From the NCBI GenBank assembly GCA_963662665.2, contig CAXXJS010000030.1:1-64000 (forward strand): a stretch of 64,000 nucleotides of DNA, in the 5' to 3' direction. The first letter of the stretch is position 1; each line of letters begins with the position of its first letter. This DNA comes from Candidatus Latescibacterota bacterium. GTDB taxonomy: Bacteria > Latescibacterota > UBA2968 > GCA-2709665. Position numbers and translations under genes: made by a program. The notes below the pieces were generated by a model. It did no database searches and was not told where the DNA came from. It worked only from the letters and a program-made list of their open reading frames with translations. Below are positions 60,008 through 64,000 of this stretch, piece after piece.

Positions 60008-63000
60008 ATGAGACAAGTACGTCACCTTTCTGTCCGCGTGCCATGGCATGACCGTACATGGGATGGCCGCGTCTGCGATTCACCGGTAGAAAACAGCTCC
60101 TGTTTAGCCCTGAAGTTCATCGCCGAAAACCGCAAGGATGATGTTGAGCAAGGATTCGCGGGCGAATCGTTCGACAAATTGCAGCCAAAGCACCAACCTC
60201 CATGTGTAAGAGTTAGTGCTAGCTTTCTAAGTCGTCACGAGCAAGCGTTTGAAAGCGTGATGGACTATTCGACCTCGAGCAAGGAACACGCACACATTCT
60301 CCCTCGTACTATTCATGTGCCTGCGTGGGGCGCGTTGGTGATACCCTACCGCTGGATGTTGAAAGAAAGTGGATTCAAGATTGCGGAAGAACTTGAGTTG
60401 GATGCCCGTCGCGACAGGGAGCCTAAATACCCGGCGTGGCTAAAGCACACGAGTTGGATTCAAGACTTTTCGAATCAGCAGGCGCTCCTAGCCGCCTTCG
60501 CTGGTCCGCTTGCAGAGGAAGAAAGTCTGATCCTGTTTTACTCGACGCGGACCCCGCTTTCCGAAAACGGACGCCGCGTTCTCTTGGGGGCGGCTCTTCT
60601 TCGAAAGAAGCACGAGCTCAGCGAGTACCCGTATGATAATACGAAAGACGGGCGGCTGCGTGCCACGGTCTGGGAGCGAGCCGTTCAACATAGTCTTCGT
60701 CCGAAGGGTAGTGTGGAAGGTTTCGACGGCGGGTTTGTAATGCCCTACCATGCGTTGATTAGGGAATTGGAGAGACGGCCAGAACTTAAACCGGACGACT
60801 ATGTAGCCTTCGCGCCGGATGATGCGCGAATTCAGTTCTCCTATGGGAGCGAACACGTCACTCACGGTGTCGCCGCTGCGACGCTCCTGGCTGCGCGTGA
60901 TGCGCTTAAGCGTACGGCGAATGTCCTTGAGGGACCGTGGGAGCGTTACATTGGTTGGATTGATGAACGGTTAGGTCGACTTTGGAAACTTCAGGGCCCT
61001 GCTCCCGGTCTGGGTATTGTTCTATCTGCACTTCATCCGGGTTTCAACGGCACGCTGTTCGCAATGGCTTTAAACGAAGAACTAGAAGAGAACGCCGATC
61101 CCTGGCCCGTGGTCGACAGCATACTCTCGGGTGGCCGGCAGCCGCCCAAACGTTCACCGGTCGTTACAAGTATGCTCCGCAGACGCTGGAAGCAGCAAGT
61201 AATGAAGAAACCGCTTCAGTTCGACTTCCTTAAACTTTTGGCACGTATGGAGTTGACCAAGGATCAGGCGGTGCGGTCGTTGGCGTACGATTCGAATGAG
61301 GTCTTGGCCAATCCGTATCGATTGTTCGAAAGTGACCGTATGCAGGTCGAGTCGATCTCATTCGGCGTGGTAGATCGTGGTTTGTATCCGGGAAACGAAG
61401 TGGCAACTGCCCATCCCCTCCCCAAAGCCTGTAATCCAGATCTTCTAGAGTATGACAATGCGCACCGACTAAGGGCAGCGACCGTGGAAATACTCGAACG
61501 CAGTGCAGAGGATGGGCACACCTTGCTTCCTATTGAAATTGTGACTAAGGCGAGTCGTGATCTTTCCGCTGTACACGAGCTACCACTCGACATGGATATG
61601 GTAGACATATGTCGCGACGACTTCGAACCGGTGATTTCAGTGATCGGCGATGAGAAGGAAATGTTGGTTCAGCTTGACCGCTACGTGGATAGCGGGAAGC
61701 TTATTCGGTCAGCCGTCGACGATCGAATTTCGAATGTACCCGAGTCGCCCAAGATTGATTGGCGTATGCTGGTTGACAGAAAATTCGGTCTGATTGGCGA
61801 AGGCGACGCCGACGAGAGTCGTGCCCGCACCGAAAAAGCAATCGCGCTGGAACGACTGGCTACGAGCCAGATGGCGGTACTCATCGGCCCCGCAGGGACG
61901 GGAAAAACAACTGTATTACAGCTGTTGCTGGATGAACGGGAAGTCGTAGGAGACCGCGTGCGCCTTCTGGCTCCCACAGGAAAGGCACGCGTGCGTCTAG
62001 ACCAAGAAACCGAACGCGAAGGAGAAACTCAGACCGTTGCCCAGTTTCTACTCGGATTGAATCGATACGACTCGAAGACCGGGCGGTATTGTGCAAACTC
62101 ATCTGAAGCAAAAACTGAGGCAACTACTTGCGTGGTGGACGAATCGTCAATGTTAACGGAGGACATGCTCGCAGCCATCGTAGATTCATTGCCGGGGAGT
62201 TGCCGGCTGATCCTTGTGGGCGACCCATATCAACTACCCCCAATCGGTGCGGGCTGCCCGTTTGTTGATATCATTGAATATTTGCAGCGCGTAAAGAACG
62301 GAACTGGTGTGGCTGAACTGAAAACGCCCCGCCGCCAAGAAAGCGAGGATGACACTGCAGCACTTTGTAGGTCTGATGTTCAACTCGCGGCGATCTTCTC
62401 TGGTCGGAAGTTGCCGCCAGGCGAAGACGAGATTGCCGTGAATGCAGTCAATGGCTCCGATGACGATACGGTAAAGTACCGTCAGTGGGAGAATCCAACA
62501 GAACTTCCGGACCTTATCGATAGTGTCCTCGCCGAAGATCTCGAGGTAGAAGATGAAGATCTAGTGTCTGCGTTTGAGGCGTCCTTAGGGGCAGAATATC
62601 GCAACAAACAGTACTTGGACTTCCGCCGGGGCAGCGCCAGTGGGGTGGAAAGCTGGCAGATCCTGAGTGTCAACCGCAATGGTCTGGGAGGGTCCATTTT
62701 TCTGAACCGGGGGATCAAAGAGCGACTGCGGAGCGAACGTCTATCCCAGGCAGTGGACTCGAACAACGTCCCTCACTATCGAGACTGGATGCGCTTCACC
62801 AAACCCCGTGGTCCTGAGCAAATCGTCTATGGCGACAAGGTGATCTGCGTGCGCAATCACAATCGAAATCCGTGGGTTTACAATGAGAATGCAAACGGGG
62901 AACGTGAGTTCCTCGCAAACGGTGAGATTGGGATAATTATTGGCCAGAAGAAATGGGGAAGGAGCAATCCGAAATTCACCCATGTGGAATTCGCGGATCG

Positions 63001-63763
63001 AAGCAACCGCAACTTTTCATTCACCCCATCAGACTTTTCCGAGGATGGTGAGCCCTACCTAGAACTAGCTTATGCTCTTACGGTGCATAAGGCCCAGGGC
63101 AGCGAGTTCGGTAGCGTCATTCTGGTGCTGCCGTCCCATAGTCGAATGGTTTCTCGTGAGATGATTTATACTGCTTTGACGCGCCAGAAGCGGCGCATTT
63201 GGATTCTCCACCAAGGACCGTTCGACAGGTTTCTGGCACTCCGTCATTACGTGTTCTCGAACATCGCGTCGCGCTTCACGAACCTGCTCCGGACGCCGGC
63301 ATACGAGGCGGTTCGGTTGCCGGCAGATTTACCCGTTGGCCTTAGTGGATCGAAGCGTGATTTTCTTGAAGAAAGGCTTATTCACCGGACTATTCGAGGC
63401 GAGATGGTAAGTTCGAAGAACGAGTTGGTTATCGCGAATATTCTTTATGACTTCGAGAGGGAAGGGCAACTCACTTACGAAGTTGAACCGCCGCTGAACT
63501 TCGATGGCGCCGGTGGACGGCATTCGGATTTCCGAATTTATGCAAAGGGACAGAATTGGTTCTGGGAACACTGTGGGATGCTGGACAACGTACATTATCG
63601 CAATCGCTGGAACAGTAAAAAGAAACTCTATGCGGAAAATGGCTTCACTGTGTTTTCGAGCGAGAATACGGGTGGTCGATTGATCGTAACGAAGGACGGC
63701 CCGGAACAGGGTTTGGATACAAAAGCGATTGAAGAACTCGCACGAGCGCTTTTTGTGAGTTGA
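60008..63763 (+). CDS. Large RecD-like SF1B helicase with C-terminal PD-(D/E)xK-like nuclease
   Basis: GPAGTGKTT, LLAPTGKA, VVDESSML, VGDPYQLPPIG, TVHKAQGSEF, YTALTR. C-terminal SKNELVIANIL..SDF..WEHCG. ATG 60008 follows GGGGGA; the ORF is open from 59912. Confidence 0.9.
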   Translation: MRQVRHLSVRVPWHDRTWDGRVCDSPVENSSCLALKFIAENRKDDVEQGFAGESFDKLQPKHQPPCVRVSASFLSRHEQAFESVMDYSTSSKEHAHILPRTIHVPAWGALVIPYRWMLKESGFKIAEELELDARRDREPKYPAWLKHTSWIQDFSNQQALLAAFAGPLAEEESLILFYSTRTPLSENGRRVLLGAALLRKKHELSEYPYDNTKDGRLRATVWERAVQHSLRPKGSVEGFDGGFVMPYHALIRELERRPELKPDDYVAFAPDDARIQFSYGSEHVTHGVAAATLLAARDALKRTANVLEGPWERYIGWIDERLGRLWKLQGPAPGLGIVLSALHPGFNGTLFAMALNEELEENADPWPVVDSILSGGRQPPKRSPVVTSMLRRRWKQQVMKKPLQFDFLKLLARMELTKDQAVRSLAYDSNEVLANPYRLFESDRMQVESISFGVVDRGLYPGNEVATAHPLPKACNPDLLEYDNAHRLRAATVEILERSAEDGHTLLPIEIVTKASRDLSAVHELPLDMDMVDICRDDFEPVISVIGDEKEMLVQLDRYVDSGKLIRSAVDDRISNVPESPKIDWRMLVDRKFGLIGEGDADESRARTEKAIALERLATSQMAVLIGPAGTGKTTVLQLLLDEREVVGDRVRLLAPTGKARVRLDQETEREGETQTVAQFLLGLNRYDSKTGRYCANSSEAKTEATTCVVDESSMLTEDMLAAIVDSLPGSCRLILVGDPYQLPPIGAGCPFVDIIEYLQRVKNGTGVAELKTPRRQESEDDTAALCRSDVQLAAIFSGRKLPPGEDEIAVNAVNGSDDDTVKYRQWENPTELPDLIDSVLAEDLEVEDEDLVSAFEASLGAEYRNKQYLDFRRGSASGVESWQILSVNRNGLGGSIFLNRGIKERLRSERLSQAVDSNNVPHYRDWMRFTKPRGPEQIVYGDKVICVRNHNRNPWVYNENANGEREFLANGEIGIIIGQKKWGRSNPKFTHVEFADRSNRNFSFTPSDFSEDGEPYLELAYALTVHKAQGSEFGSVILVLPSHSRMVSREMIYTALTRQKRRIWILHQGPFDRFLALRHYVFSNIASRFTNLLRTPAYEAVRLPADLPVGLSGSKRDFLEERLIHRTIRGEMVSSKNELVIANILYDFEREGQLTYEVEPPLNFDGAGGRHSDFRIYAKGQNWFWEHCGMLDNVHYRNRWNSKKKLYAENGFTVFSSENTGGRLIVTKDGPEQGLDTKAIEELARALFVS

Positions 63764-63813
63764 TTGGAGACGGACCTCAGCCCTAATTTGCCAAGTAATG
63801 TACCGCCCCGTTC

Positions 63814-64000
63814 GGATGGAAGTTGAACCCGGAGGACCTATGCGACGTGCGGCCGATCCTGGTTAAATTCGGGGTGGGGGAGCGGACGATCGACATGGTG
63901 CCGCTTTGCGGCGAGGATGCCGCGTTTGAGCAGGAGGAAGTCCCATTCGCCGCCGCCGGACTGGCGGCTGGAAGCCTGAAGAGCTTTGTCCCGGGCGGAC
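63814..64000 (+). repeat. Diverged direct repeat of 59044-59230 (3' part of the lyase-like gene); runs off the window edge
   Basis: Ungapped match at offset 4770 with 28 mismatches in 187 nt by manual count. No start codon; in-frame TAA at 63796. Confidence 0.92.

Overview
GC-rich bacterial chromosome segment. The eukaryote-like repeat proteins, sulfatase and LytR_C-rsfS-mtnA synteny resemble sponge-symbiont Latescibacterota/Gemmatimonadota-type genomes; this is inference only. (1) 1-20100: a co-oriented minus-strand array of secreted modular proteins. Most share a signal peptide plus dockerin/EF-hand leader joined to different mixes of internalin-type LRR, CARDB, ankyrin, WD40, Big-1 and zinc-peptidase domains. 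Duplicated intergenic modules (promoter block, GTAG-REP, nested hairpin repeat, terminator, vestigial C-terminal gene tips) separate the genes. The three left-most genes are pseudogenes, and an IS1182 sits in one module whose empty site is visible in a sister copy. (2) 19300-24400: two fused MNT-HEPN genes bracket PhoX and a TPR lipoprotein, followed by a SelW/Rdx selenoprotein (CxxU, in-frame TGA, SECIS-like hairpin) missing from the ORF track. (3) 24600-59400: housekeeping and catabolic genes (M32 carboxypeptidase, rsgA, two lolC/E, mutY, aroC, mtnA, rsfS, carA, pyrC, sulfatase and others), an IS630 with a 52-bp palindromic end, and IS630-type MITE stubs. (4) 59425-64000: a lower-GC islet with a ~1250-aa RecD-like helicase-nuclease, followed by an ~85% identical copy of the 3' part of the upstream gene.
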